From positions 11,160,001 through 11,224,000 of the forward strand of contig NC_043026.1 in assembly GCF_006345805.1 (NCBI RefSeq): a stretch of 64,000 nt of DNA. Direction: 5' to 3'. Of the stretch, positions 47,076 through 59,436 are shown in pieces. The number at the start of each line of letters is the position of its first letter. Position 1 is the stretch's first letter. Under the pieces are notes generated by a model. It was given only the letters and a program-made list of their open reading frames with translations. It was not told the DNA's origin and did not search any database. This stretch comes from Octopus sinensis (taxonomy: Eukaryota). Made by a program: the position numbers and the translations under genes.

Positions 47076-47545
47076 GTGAGTGGTTGGCGTTAGGAAGGGC
47101 ATCCAGCTGTGGAAACACTGCCAGATCAGACTGGAGCCTGGTGCAGCCTCCTGGCTTCCCAGACCCCGGTCGAACCGTCCAACCCGTGCTAGCGTGGAAA
47201 ATGGACGTTAAACGATGATGATGATGATGAATAGTGAGTGGTTGGCATTAGGAAGGGCATCCACTGTAGAAACTCTGTCAGATCAGATTGGAGCCTGGTG
47301 CAGCCTCCTGGCTTCCCAGACCCCGGTGAAACTGTCCAACCCGTGCTAGCACGGAAAAAGGACGTTAAACGATGATGATGATGATGATGATGAATAGTGA
47401 GTGGTTGGCGTTAGGAAGGGCATCCAGCTGTAGAAACTCTGTCAGATCAGATTGGAGTCTGGTGCAGCCATCTGGTTCGCCAGCCCTCAGTCAAATGGCC
47501 CGACCCATGCCAGCATGGAAAGCGGACGTTAAACGATGATGAATA
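47076..47545 (+). repeat. Three head-to-tail RTE 3' tails
   Basis: AATAGTGAGTGGTTGGC...GATGATGA unit repeated three times. Confidence 0.85.
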
Positions 47546-48616
47546 GCAAGAGCACACAGACAACGCAAACCTCTGCCAAGGCAACACCATTGTCCTCTCA
47601 ATGATTAGCCAGAGATGATTTTTAAAATGAGAATATCTGAAATAAACTCGACTGCTCTCCTCGTGCCGGTGACACGTAAAAAGCACCATCCATTCGTGGC
47701 CGTTGCCAGCCTCGTCTGGCACCTGTGCCGGTGGCACACAAAAAGCACCCACTACACTCATGGAGTGGTTGGCATTAGGAAGGGTATCCAGCCGTAGACT
47801 GGTGCAGCCTTCTGGCTTCCCAGACCCCAGTTGAACCGTCCAACCCATGCTAGCATGGAGAACGGATGCTAAACAATGATGATGATGATGTAGCATGGTG
47901 GGTTCATGCCAGATGTAGAAGTGATCATAGAGCAACACGGGATGAAATCTTTCACTCAAGAAGACAAAGCACAACTCAGTCTGATAATCACAATCATGAG
48001 TGCAACACCCTAACCACTAGGCCAAACCATAACGTATTTGTAAACATCAAGGTGGAGGCACATGGCTTAGTGGCTAGGGCGTTGGACTCCTGATTGTAAG
48101 ATTGTGGTTTCGATTCCTGGACCGGGGGCGACGCGTTGTGTTCTTGAGCGAAACACTTCATTTCACATTGCTCCAGTCCACTCAGCTGGTAAAAATAAGT
48201 AATCCTGCAAGAGTGTAATGGGTGCTATTATGTACCACCAGCACAGGTGTTATTTGCACAACACCAGTATCTGTAACGACTGTGATTTTACTTGACTTGA
48301 TGGGTTTTCTCAAGCACGACATAAAGCCAAAGTCTTAGTCATTCGTCATTGTCTCTGTGAGACCCAACACTCAAAAGGAGCTTTTCACGTGCCACGGGCA
48401 TTGGCTGCTTTGTCTCCGTGTGGCCCAACGCTTGAAAGGGGCTTTTTACATGCCAGTAACACGACACCATCACTGGCCACGACGACGATTGACGGGTCTT
48501 CTCAAGCACATCATATCACCACCATAGCAACCAGGAAATTGGCCCAAGAGTCTATGGCTCAGGAAGAAACTTTACTCTACTTAAACATCAAGATGAAAAA
48601 AAAATTCAAGAGATAG

Positions 48617-48774
48617 CAGGAGTGGCTGTGTGGTAAGTAGCTTGCTTACCAACCACATGGTTCCGGGTTCAGTCCCACTGCATGGCACCATGGGCAAGGG
48701 TCTTCTACTATAGCCTCAGGCCGACCAAAGCCTTGTGAGTGGATTTGGTAGACAGAAACTGAAAGAAGCCTGTC

Positions 48775-48830
<56 letters not shown>

Positions 48831-49202
48831 GTATGTATATATATGTATTGGCCTGTTCGCTTAGCCAGCGGGGTGACGTCGTTCGAAGGCTAAAACAATG
48901 TGAACGCATTGTGACCAGCGATGTGTAGCAACATCTGATGGTCTGGTCGGTCACATGATATATGTGTGTGTGTGTGTGTGTGTGTGCATGCGTGTATGTT
49001 TGTGTGTCTGTGTTTGTCCCCCTAGCATTGCTTGACAACCGATGCTGGTGTGTTTATGTCCCCGTCACTTAGAGGTTCGGCAAAAGAGAGACCGATAGAA
49101 TAAGTACTGGGCTTACAAAGAATAAGTCCCGGGGTCGAGTTGCTCGATTAGAGGCGGTGCTCCAGCATGGCCGCAGTCAAATGACTGAAACAAGTAAAAG
49201 AG
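48617..49202 (+). mobile_element. CORE-like SINE (family B) with a nested tail-B fragment, in the ZNF-C 3' flank
   Basis: Insert ~48848-48960 matches the reverse complement of 8455-8565. Confidence 0.82.
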
Positions 49203-49318
49203 TGGTGGTTTCTGATATATTTCACAATGATAGACGTGGCCTAATGTGTACTTGTTGGTGGACAACGTAAGATTTTCAAGAAAAGTGATTCTCATGTTTC
49301 ACTGTTGAAAGATTTCTT

Positions 49319-50797
49319 TCAAGTATGTATTTGTTTGTGTCTGTTTAAGTAACTGTTGTGGACAAATGACTTCTCACATAATTCACAATGGAAGGGCTTT
49401 TCCCCAGTGTGTCTACGATTGTGGATAACAAGACCAGAATTCCGTACGAAAGATTTCCCGCAGATTCTACAATGGAACGGTTTTTCTCCCGTGTGTGTCC
49501 GTACATGCTTTGTTAAGTCACCGTTTGAAACAAAAGACCTGCCACAGGTCTCACAGTTGAAGGGCTTTTCGCCAGTGTGACTACGTATGTGGGTGACAAG
49601 ATTTGAATTATCGGTGAACGATTTGCCGCAAGTCTCACAAAAGAACGGTTTTTCTCCAGTATGTAGTCTTCTATGAACAACGAGGTTAGAACCATCAGAG
49701 AAAGATTTACCACAAATATCACACTGATACGGTTTTTCCCCAGTGTGGACTCGTTGATGAGATCCAAGACTATAAATATCACAGAATGATTTTCCGCATA
49801 TTTTGCAGTGAAACGGTTTTTGTCCGCTGTGTAATAGTTTGTGTTTGTTTAAAACACTATTGGAGACAAATGCTTTATGACACACGTCACAACGATAGGG
49901 TTTCTCTCCAGTATGACTCCGTTTGTGGATAATGAGATTCGAATTATTAATAAAAGACTTGCCGCATATGTCACAATGAAACGATTTTTCTCCAGAGTGG
50001 ATTATTTTATGCGTTTTTAAGTTATTGTTCGTGGTGAAAGATTTCCCACACGTTTCACAGCGGAACGGTTTCTCTCCCGTGTGGACCCTTCTGTGACTCG
50101 TCAAATGACCGTTAGTAATAAAAGATTTCCCGCACGTTTCACAAGGGAACGGTTTCTCCCCGGTGTGGCTACGTTTGTGAATAACAAGAGTAGAATTGTC
50201 AGAGAATGATTTACCGCACATTTCACAGCGAAACGGGGTTTCCGTAACGTGCGTCATTTTGTGCCTGTACAAATTGCTGTTACTAACGAAAGATTTCCCG
50301 CACATTTCACAAGAGAACTGTCTCTGTCCCGTATGAATTCGTTTGTGAACTGCAAGATGTGAGCTCTGAATGAAAGATTTACCACATATTTTACAATTAT
50401 AAGGCTTTTCTCCGGTGTGAATTCGTTTGTGTTTGGTTAAATCGCTGCTGGAGACGAAGGACTTGCCGCATATTCTACAAAAGAATGGCTTTTGTCCAGA
50501 GTGCCTTCTCCTGTGATTTATTAAATTACAGTTAGAAACAAAATACTTTCCACATATTTTACACTGGAAAGGAGTTTCCTTGTTGTGTGTTTCTTTGTGT
50601 ACGAAGCACTCGTGTTCCGAAGGGAATATCTTCTTACAAATCTCACAGCGATGTTTGGTAACATTTCCCTCTAATGATCTTTGTTTAGTTAATGTCTCAA
50701 CGTGTAACAGTTCTTCATCAGTGTCTGCCTTTGTAACTCTATCAGAATCGTTAAAATCATTTGTGTAAGAAGTGTCCAAGCAATTAACACTTTCCAT
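49319..50797 (-). CDS. C2H2 zinc-finger protein C, 492 aa, 16 fingers, acidic 48-aa leader
   Basis: 16 intact fingers; distinct codon and linker usage (F-x-C, CGKSFV) from A/B/D. Confidence 0.93.
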   Translation of the reverse strand: MESVNCLDTSYTNDFNDSDRVTKADTDEELLHVETLTKQRSLEGNVTKHRCEICKKIFPSEHECFVHKETHNKETPFQCKICGKYFVSNCNLINHRRRHSGQKPFFCRICGKSFVSSSDLTKHKRIHTGEKPYNCKICGKSFIQSSHLAVHKRIHTGQRQFSCEMCGKSFVSNSNLYRHKMTHVTETPFRCEMCGKSFSDNSTLVIHKRSHTGEKPFPCETCGKSFITNGHLTSHRRVHTGEKPFRCETCGKSFTTNNNLKTHKIIHSGEKSFHCDICGKSFINNSNLIIHKRSHTGEKPYRCDVCHKAFVSNSVLNKHKLLHSGQKPFHCKICGKSFCDIYSLGSHQRVHTGEKPYQCDICGKSFSDGSNLVVHRRLHTGEKPFFCETCGKSFTDNSNLVTHIRSHTGEKPFNCETCGRSFVSNGDLTKHVRTHTGEKPFHCRICGKSFVRNSGLVIHNRRHTGEKPFHCELCEKSFVHNSYLNRHKQIHT

Positions 50798-50804
50798 AGT
50801 AATT

Positions 50805-50879
50805 CTCCAGAAAGTATCAAAAGTTGGGGAACGTGTGTGATTACAATACGGAATCTCGTCTTTGATGTTTTCTACTTAC
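50805..50879 (-). other. Candidate 75-nt 5' UTR intron of ZNF-C
   Basis: Minus strand ctggtgg|GTAAGT ... cttttgatactttctggAG|aattactATG. Confidence 0.55.
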
Positions 50880-51105
50880 CACCAGAATGTTCATCGTTAA
50901 GTAGTAATGTTCAAATGATAAATGAATGGGCATCTCATTAAAGCAGAGCCGAGCAAGTTCAGAAACAAAACATTCCTTTGATTGCCCTGACCTCAAGTAG
51001 ACGGTGCCATAGACAATTTTCGCTTCTCTAAAATTACGCCGGTGTCACAAGTTAAAAATCCCTAGCAAAATTAAATTATAAAACGACTGCAATAATTTTT
51101 TCTGG

Positions 51106-51146
51106 GGCGTAACTTCGGTATAAGTACCGGATACATTTCAAGAAAG

Positions 51147-51194
<48 letters not shown>

Positions 51195-51294
51195 GGGGTT
51201 AGGGTTGGGGGTGGGAGAAAAGGGTTTCTGTTATCTCCAGAAATGTAAACAAAGTCACTTCCGGTACTTACGGTACCTATACCGAAGGATCGCC
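51106..51294. mobile_element. Second copy of the Merlin-like MITE, upstream of ZNF-C
   Basis: TIR GGCGTAACTTCGGTATAAGTACC / GGTACCTATACCGAAGGATCGCC; 8-bp TSD TTTTCTGG at 51098-51105 and 51295-51302. Confidence 0.9.
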
Positions 51295-51800
51295 TTTTCT
51301 GGTTTCAAAATTTTGCGGGAAAGATGGAAGGCTAAGACAACTTCAACGAAATTTGAACACAGAACGTAAAGCCAGTAGAAGTGCCGCATCAGTCGGTTCC
51401 TTCACTCGTAATCAACCCTTCTTTTACTTGTCTCAGCCATTAGACTATGGCCATACTGGAGCACCGTCTTGAAGAATTATAGTCGAACAAATCGACTCAA
51501 TCTTTCAATTGATTAAAGAAGTAAATAAAATTTAAAGGTGGAAATGACAACTAAGGGAGATAATTAGGTTCCCATTCTCTGATGTGTCTTATGCCTAACT
51601 TTTCTCTCAAGATGCTTACACTCTGTCGAACATGCACATCCAGTGGAGCATACTGGCTTCATTTCTTTCAAGCCTATGCATGTCCTCATCTGTCACAGCC
51701 CATGTTTCACTGCCATGCAGCATAGCTGTTTGCACAGAAGCATCATACAGTCTGCCTTTCACTCTGAGAGAGAGAGAGACCTTTTGTTAACAGCAGAGGT

Positions 51801-52188
51801 GGTGGAAGCACAACGTCGGTTACGACGACGAGGGTTCCGGTTGATCCGAATCAACGGAACAGCCTGCTCGTGAAATTAACGTGTAAGTGGCTGAGCACTC
51901 CACAGACACGTGTACCCTTAACATAGTTCTCGGGGATATTCAGCATGACACAGAGAGTGACAAGGCCGGCCCTTTGAAATACAGGTACAACAGAAACAGG
52001 AAGTAAGAGTGAGAGAAAGTTGTGGCGAAAGAGTACAGCAGGGATCACCACCATCCCCTGCCGGAGCCTCGTGGAGCTTTTAGGTGTTTTCGCTCAATAA
52101 ACACTCACAACGCCTGGTCTGAGAATCAAAACCGCGATCCTATGACCACGAGTCCGCTGCCCTAACCACTGGGCCATTGCGCCTCCAC
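51801..52188 (-). mobile_element. Family A SINE, tail A
   Basis: 13-bp TSD TAACAGCAGAGGT at 51788-51800 and 52189-52201. Confidence 0.9.
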
Positions 52189-53390
52189 TAACAGCAGAGG
52201 TAGGAGCTCACTAAACTTTGCCCAGCCTTATCTTATTCTCACATCTATGCCCTTGGAGCACCCCAGTCCACTGCTAACTTGGTCACCTAGATAATGAATG
52301 TTATGCCTCCCCACTACCCGGCATTTGACGGGAGTCTGTTTTCAGCATTTATTGTACCTGTGTATTTTCCATATGCAAAAGCTAGTTTTCCTTTTAACCT
52401 TCTTTGGATATTGCTGCACCTTTTATGCATCCAAAGCTTACACTTTGTGCATCTTATGGAGTTTCTACCTTTGCCTTTTCTACAGCTTAAGCAGGGCCAT
52501 CTACCTGAAGGGAATATTGTGATTTGTCTGCCTTCCTATTTACTAAGACTTTGACTTTTGCTAGGTTAGCTCTAAGGCCTGTGGCCGATTTTCATTCAAG
52601 CATGGGGCCTCACAGAGACAAAGTGGCTGAGTTCCTTTCAAACATTGGGCCTCACAGAGGTAATGATCAAGATCTTTGGCACTGTCATACTTGAGAAGAA
52701 GACCCAGCAAGCCGAGCAAAATCACAGTTGCAGCAGATACCGGTGTCACGCAAATGGCACTTGTGCCAGTGGCACATAAAAGTACTCATTACACTCTGAG
52801 AGTGCTTGGTGTTAGGAAGGTTATCCAGCCATAGAAAAACCATGCCAAATCAGACTGGAGTCTGGTGCAGCCTTCCCAATCCTGGTCAATTCATCCAACC
52901 CAATGGACGTTAAATGATTATATATATATGTATGTATATATATAATCATGTCAAAGGGAAATGGAATTTAATTAAAATTAAAACATTCAATCAAAATTTA
53001 CATTTCCAGTGGTCTAACGTGCAAAAAAAAAATTAGTCAAGAAGACTATATATTAGTCATACGATATAGTGTATATTTATACACATAAGGAATCCACTTG
53101 AAGGGAATTCAACACATTAGAAAGAACAGCTAGGTTCTGTAAACCACAAAAATAAGGGATAAAATTCGACAGGAATAAATTTGGAAATGAAAAACATTTA
53201 CCATCTAGTACCCTGGACCAATTGGTTTCTGATCATCCTTTAGTGAGTCAAGGGGAACTCACAAGGTCTGATTTTCTTCAGCAAGGTCCAACCTAGGGTT
53301 AAACATATCCAACACGAGACAAACAAGGCGACTTGTCTCGCGTTTATACAAACTAACTTTTCAAATTTTACTGCGCAGATATATAAATAT

Positions 53391-53750
53391 CATCATCGTT
53401 TAACGTCTGTTTTCCATGCTAGCATGGGTTGGACGGTTCTACCGGGGTCTGGGAAGCCAGGAGGCTGCACCAGGCTCCAGTCTGATCTGGCAGTGTTTCT
53501 ACAGCTGGATGCCCTTCCTAACACCAACCACTCCGTGAGTGCTTTTTACATGCCACTGGCATAGGTGCCAGGGGAGGCTGGCAACAGCCACGATCGGTTG
53601 GTGGTTTTTACGTGCCACCGACATGGAAGCCAGTCAAGGCGGCGCTGGCATCGGCCACATACGGATGGTGCTTTTTACATGCCAGGTTAGGCTGGCAATG
53701 GCCACGAATGGTTGGTGCTTTTTATGTGCCACCGGCATGGAAGCCAACGG
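53391..53750 (-). mobile_element. RTE 3' UTR remnant
   Basis: Same family as 6291 and 14462. Confidence 0.8.
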
Positions 53751-54149
53751 GAGTCGTCTAAGAGACCATAAGTCAGAGAAATGATTCACACATATATCTG
53801 TCAGTAGAATGGCTATATTATCTGAAATGTATAGTATTAAATGTCCATCATGGCTGAGACTGATCTTACCAGTCAGTTTCACATAAAGAATTCAATGGAG
53901 TGTTAAGTAACCAACCGCTTGTATAACTTTACACTCATCAGAGGTAGCCGATATGGAAGGAAATATGGCAATGGCTCTCTATTGTTGGAAATGGATTTGC
54001 ACAACTGCTGTGAAAAAGGGGCCAGGGGATTGGTTTAGGGGTTATATTTCTTGGCTGGTATGCTGTGAAGCTGGCAAGAGTTGTCTTGAGGTGAGGAAAG
54101 TGTGTATTATTAATGTGGAACTCCTGTGTGGATGAGGTGTATGGTAAGG

Positions 54150-54548
54150 CTGCGAGCTGGCAGAAACGTTACCATGGCAGGCGAAATGCGTAGCCGTATT
54201 TCGTCTGCCGTTACGTTCTGAGTTCAAATTCCGCCGAGGTCGACTTTGCCTTTCATCCTTTCGGGGTCAATAAATAAAGTACCAGTTATGCACTGGGGTC
54301 GATGTAATCGACTTAATCCTTTTATCCCCTGTGTTTAGCCCCTTGTGGGTAGTAAAGAAATAGATATTTCGTCTGCAGCTACGTTCGAAGTTCAAATTCC
54401 GCCGAGGTCAACTTTGCCTTTCATCCTTTCGGGGTTGATAAATAAAGTACCAGTTACGCACTGGGGTCGACGTAATCGACTTAATCCGTTTGTCTGTTCT
54501 TGTTCGTCCCCTCTGTGTTTAGCCCCTTGTGGGTAGCAAAGAAATAGG
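54150..54548 (+). mobile_element. Family C SINE dimer
   Basis: Two units ending GCCCCTTGTGGGTAGTAAAGAAATAG. Confidence 0.85.
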
Positions 54549-55039
54549 TGTGTAGCAGTGTCATTTCGTGCTTGTGGGAGGAAGGTGCTGGTCTAGTGCA
54601 CTAAAGAAAATGCCATGTAGGTTGGATGCAATGTTCAATGAAAAAGGAGGGCTCAACCTTATACTCCACTCGCATGCTCAGTTATTCCGCTTTCTATGCT
54701 GTAGAACAGAGCATCCCACAATAGCTTGCTTACTGGTATCAGGGTTATCTCATAGATGTAGTTCATTTGTTCACAAGATTTTCATTATGGGCTAATTTCT
54801 TAGTAACCATGTTCGTGGAGTGTTGTGTATCTATCCTATATCCTTGAGGACATAAAACTGTGCTGCCTAGCGTATGCGCATGCTTACTTAACTCAGTGTT
54901 GGGAGGTATCCAAGAGTAGTATGTATGCAACCTTCTCTCTGTACCCAGACCTGGCCAATGCTTCATTGTAGGACCCAGTACTACAATGGTTTGTCTCCAT
55001 TTTGGATTAAAGCATTAAAAAAATCACAGGAATTCACAA

Positions 55040-55428
55040 CAGGCGCAGGAGTGGCTGTGTGGTAAGTAGCTTGCTAACCAACCACATGGTTCCGGGTTCA
55101 GTCCCACTGCGTGGCATCTTGGGCAAGTGTCTTCTGCTATAGCCCCGGGCCGACCAATGCCTGTGAGTGGATTTGGTAGACGGAAACTGAAAGAAGCCTG
55201 TCGTATATATCTATATATATATATGTATGTGTGTGTGTTTGTTCCCCTAGCATTGCTTGACAACCGATGCTGGTGTGTTTACGTCCCCGTCACTTAGCGG
55301 TTTGGCAAAAAGAGACCGATAGAATTTGTACTGGGCTTACAAAAAGAATAAGTCCCGGGGTCGAGTTGCTCAACTAAAGGCGGTGCTTCAGCATGGCTGC
55401 AGTCAAATGACTGAAACAAGTAAAGAGT
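55040..55428 (+). mobile_element. CORE-like SINE (family B)
   Basis: Full match. Confidence 0.87.
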
Positions 55429-55548
55429 CTCACAAACAAAACAATTGAGTGGGGTGTGAATCTTGGTGGATAAAAATTCAAAGTAGTGCAGGGCATTTAT
55501 TCTCATTGTTTGATATTTACATATATATACATAAATAGATAGATAGAT

Positions 55549-55636
55549 ATTAAAATTATAATTAAGGGTATCTAAGAGATACCACCATGCTAGAAATAGG
55601 TGGTATCTCTTAGATACCCTTAATTATAATTTTAAT
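55549..55636. repeat. Perfect 38-bp inverted repeat, 12-nt loop
   Basis: Arms 55549-55586 and 55599-55636. Confidence 0.92.
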
Positions 55637-55974
55637 AATTAATTATTTACCTTTGAGGTTTTTATTCCCATGCTAGCCACCTGATAAGATCGGTATTTTA
55701 AATAACGATCTTATCCTTATTTATATAAATTTATTACATAACGAAGACATGACACGATGTAGGTAAAGAAATTTGAGAAATTTGAAAAGTTTACATGAAA
55801 CAGGTTATTTCTCCAAAAACTATGTTACTATAGATAAAATTTTATAACATTTTTCTAACATAACGACTTAAATATATTCTTTAACCTTATAAAACAAGCC
55901 TTCTGTGTTTTTTTTCACTCTTTTGTATTTTTTATACACCCAACCATGTGCTTTCACACACCAACTTTCCCACC

Positions 55975-56005
<31 letters not shown>

Positions 56006-56112
56006 TATATATAAAATAATATAGGGTGAAATTAATTAATTTGGAATAATCATCAATTTCACCAAGTAGATTTCGGCATGTAAAAGCCCCATTCAAGGAA
56101 GGTTTAAGTAAT

Positions 56113-56484
56113 ACTAAGTAATTAAGGGTTTAGCAACGATTTGCCTCACCACACACCGAATTTAGAAATAGCAGTCAAAAGAGTTTTGGCTATTCTTTCT
56201 ACTTAAAAGGGAGATCCCAGTAAAACCATAGCACTTAAAAGGCAAACAACGCAGGCAAAAGAGAAAGAAATGACGATAATCATTCTACATTAAGTCACCT
56301 ACGGACGTACGTTTCGGAATTAAGCCATAGGAAAGCATAAAAATTAAATAATTATGTCTTACCCAATTATGTCTTACTGGGATCTCCCTTTTAAGTAGAA
56401 AGAATAGCCAAAACTCTTTTGACTGCTATTTCTAAATTCGGTGTGTGGTGAGGCAAATCGTTGCTAAACCCTTAATTACTTAGT
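56113..56484. repeat. 111-bp inverted repeat with 150-nt spacer
   Basis: Arms 56113-56223 and 56374-56484. Confidence 0.92.
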
Positions 56485-56504
56485 GTGTGTATATATATAT
56501 ATAT

Positions 56505-56560
<56 letters not shown>

Positions 56561-56570
56561 CTTTCTTTTA

Positions 56571-57566
56571 TTAGCCACACAGGGCTGAATACAAGCTTGG
56601 TGTAAGTTGGAGTTCATCTGAGTGAAGAGTTAGCGTTGAGAAATGTCTAGCTAACTCTTCGGTGTAGAAAACAACTTGTATGTGGGCAAATTTGTTCCAC
56701 CAGGTTACATATTCTTTGTGATCCCAGATGGGTTTCAAGCACTTCTCTATTTTGCTTGTGTTGGCCTTCTCTGGGATTTTTGTTTTTTTGTTAACTATTT
56801 TATAAATGATTGTTCGTCTTTTTTCATTTTCCAAAATATCTTCTGGTATGTTTATTTGTACTATACCTTCTGATTCTGTTATTTTGATGTTCGTGTCCTG
56901 TATTTGTTGAGCCGTAAAGTATATTGTTTTTTTTTCTTTAATCGCCTCAGCGAAATTTGTTGTTGTTTTGTTATTGTTGTTGCTTGTGGTGATGTTGTTG
57001 TTGGCTGCAGTTTGTAAAATTGGTGTGTTTGGTTCGATCGTGCTAGTAGGAAGGGGTGGAAAATTGCCTGCGTACTTTAGTCCTGCACTAGGGCAAAATT
57101 CGACATTTCGTTTGCTTGTCGTCGTTATTTTTTCACTTGTTGGTGATGGAGTGAGCAGTGGTTGAAGGGAATTGTTGTTGTCGTCGTTGTTGTTGTTGTT
57201 ATTGTCGTTCTTGGTGACGGCGGTGGTGTTGGTAGTATTAGTAGCATTGACGGCACGGTCTTTGGTGGCGGTGATGGTGATGTTGGTGTTGTTATTGGTG
57301 GCGATATCTTTAGTAGGGATAGCAGTTTTAGTAGCAGATTCTGCCATGGTGTTGGTGGTGGTGGTGGACTCACTGATGGTGTTGACGGTGCTTGGCCTTG
57401 CGACCTTTGTTTTGTATTTGTTGCTGTTGGTGGTGGTGGAGTTGTCAGGTTCGGCGTATGCTAACAGAGCATCCTGTTTTTCTGTTTCTGCGTCACGCTT
57501 CACTTGCAACTCAGCCTCGTGGTGGCCAGTGGCCATTTTGGAAATAAAATGGCTAAATGAAACCAC
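56571..57566 (-). mobile_element. 331-aa ORF, probable LINE ORF1 (L1/Tx1-like) of an internally deleted element
   Basis: Thr/Asn low-complexity N-half plus globular C-half (EKRRTIIYKIV...KIEKCLKPIW..IQVVFYTEELA); ends directly in CAGCCCTGTGTGGCTAATAAAAGAAA and (TATC)n; 5' end abuts (TC)n. Confidence 0.5.
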
Positions 57567-57749
57567 GAAGGCTATGAGAATTTTTTCTTTTAAATTTTGC
57601 CCACAAGGGGCAAAATTTTGTGTCGATATTTATCAAAGGTTTACAGTGGATGTTGTTGCACAACTTTTAAGCACAAAATGTTTGTCAATATACACTTTTA
57701 AATGGTCAAAATAAATGATTACCTTCGGAGCTGAAACGACATCACATCC

Positions 57750-57752
<3 letters not shown>

Positions 57753-57789
<37 letters not shown>

Positions 57790-57804
57790 GATAGAGAGAT
57801 AGAT

Positions 57805-57846
<42 letters not shown>

Positions 57847-57853
57847 TAGATAG

Positions 57854-57893
<40 letters not shown>

Positions 57894-57918
57894 CAGATAG
57901 ATAGACAGCTAGATAGAC

Positions 57919-57949
<31 letters not shown>

Positions 57950-57979
57950 AAGACAGACAGACAGATAGATAGACAGATA
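57753..57979. repeat. Compound (GA)n/(GATA)n/(GACA)n microsatellite
   Basis: Directly visible. Confidence 0.97.
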
Positions 57980-58260
57980 AGATCCAAGGATTCAAGGTGC
58001 AGGGAGAAAGTTAAGCAATCCATAGTAAATATAAAAAACAACTTTCAGGGACAATAGTGGTTTATTGAAATGGAAGGTTGTGGACTTTTTTGTACTGACA
58101 TATGATAAACTGAAAAAAGTTCTTTTTATATTTCACAGTAGGCAACTAGTGTTGCAGAGTATGCAAATAAGAATACAAGAGTTAAGGAACGGAGAAGATA
58201 AGATCCAGTGGACGTTAAACGATGATGGTGATGATACAAAATATGAAGAAAAATCCACAT

Positions 58261-58630
58261 ATAGGCACAGGAGTGGCTGTGTGGTAAGTAGCTTGTTTAC
58301 CAACCACATGGTTCTGGGTTCAGTCCCACTGCGTGGCACCTTCGGCAAGTGTCTTCTACTATAGCCTCGGGCCGACCAATGCCTTGTGAGTGGATTTGGT
58401 AGACGGAAACTGAAAGAAGCCCGTCGTATATATATATGTGTGTGTGTGTTTGTGTGCCTGTGTTTGTCCCCCTAGCATTGCTTGACAACCGATGCTGGTG
58501 TGTTTACGTCCCCGTCACTTAGCGGTTCGGCAAAAGAGACCGATAGAATAAGTACTGGGCTTACAAAGAATAAGTCCCGGGGTCGAGTTGCTCGACTAAA
58601 GGCGGTGCTCCAGCATGGCCGCAGTCAAAT
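58261..58630 (+). mobile_element. CORE-like SINE (family B)
   Basis: Full match. Confidence 0.87.
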
Positions 58631-58874
58631 GACTGAAACAAGTAAAAGAGTATATAATGACAAATTTGTAAAGGCTTTCTCTCACCTGACAACACAGTTC
58701 AAATTGTGCAATATTTTGAACAAATTGTTTGCATTTTGAAAGAATGCAGATATGAAAGTAATTTATTTATTATTAAATATAAGTTATTTACATGTTTTTG
58801 AGTAACGAAAGAAATTTGCCATGATATCTGGATTTTCCTTTTGTTAAATAAAAATTCATCTTAGTATTTCTTTG

Positions 58875-59436
58875 TCGTTTAACGTCTGTTTTCCGCGCTA
58901 GTACGGGTTGGACAGTTCGACCGGGGTCTGGGAAGCCAGAAGGCTGCACCAGGCTCCAGTCTGATCTGGCAGTGTTTCTACAGCTGGATGCCCTTCCTAA
59001 CGCCAACCACTCCGCAAGTGTAGTGGGTGCTTTTTACGTGCCACCGGCACAGGGTTCAAGGCAGTCTGGCAGCGGCCACGATCGGTTGGTGCTTTTAACG
59101 TGCCACCGGCACGGAAGCCAGTCAAGGCGGCGCTTATATATATATACATAAAATAGTTTTCAGAAGTTGTTACCACACACTGTTATACATCATCTTGTGT
59201 GTGAATACATTTATGGTTACTTATGATATTTTTCTCATAAGAAAAAAAAATTTGACAAACTGGTGGACGGTTCGACCAGGGCTCTGGGAAGCCAGAAGGC
59301 TGCACCAGGCTCCAGCTGTAGAAACACTGCCAGTTCAGACAGGAGCCTGGCGCAGCCTCCTGGCTTCCCAGATCCCCAGTCAAACCGTCCAACCCATGCT
59401 AGCATGGAGAACGGACGTTAAACGATGATGATGATG
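58875..59436. mobile_element. Two RTE 3' UTR remnants (58875-59135 and 59270-59436), the second internally rearranged
   Basis: Family motifs CTGGGAAGCCAGAAGGCTGCACCAGG in both orientations. Confidence 0.7.

Noticed and set aside
55680-55716. CTGATAAG plus hairpin as a hammerhead
   Set aside because: A 10-bp stem is present (GATAAGATCG/CGATCTTATC) but there is no CUGANGA or downstream GAAA core
57125-57714. Overlapping V/G-rich and L-rich ORFs
   Set aside because: Alternate frames of the low-complexity part of the 56571-57566 ORF
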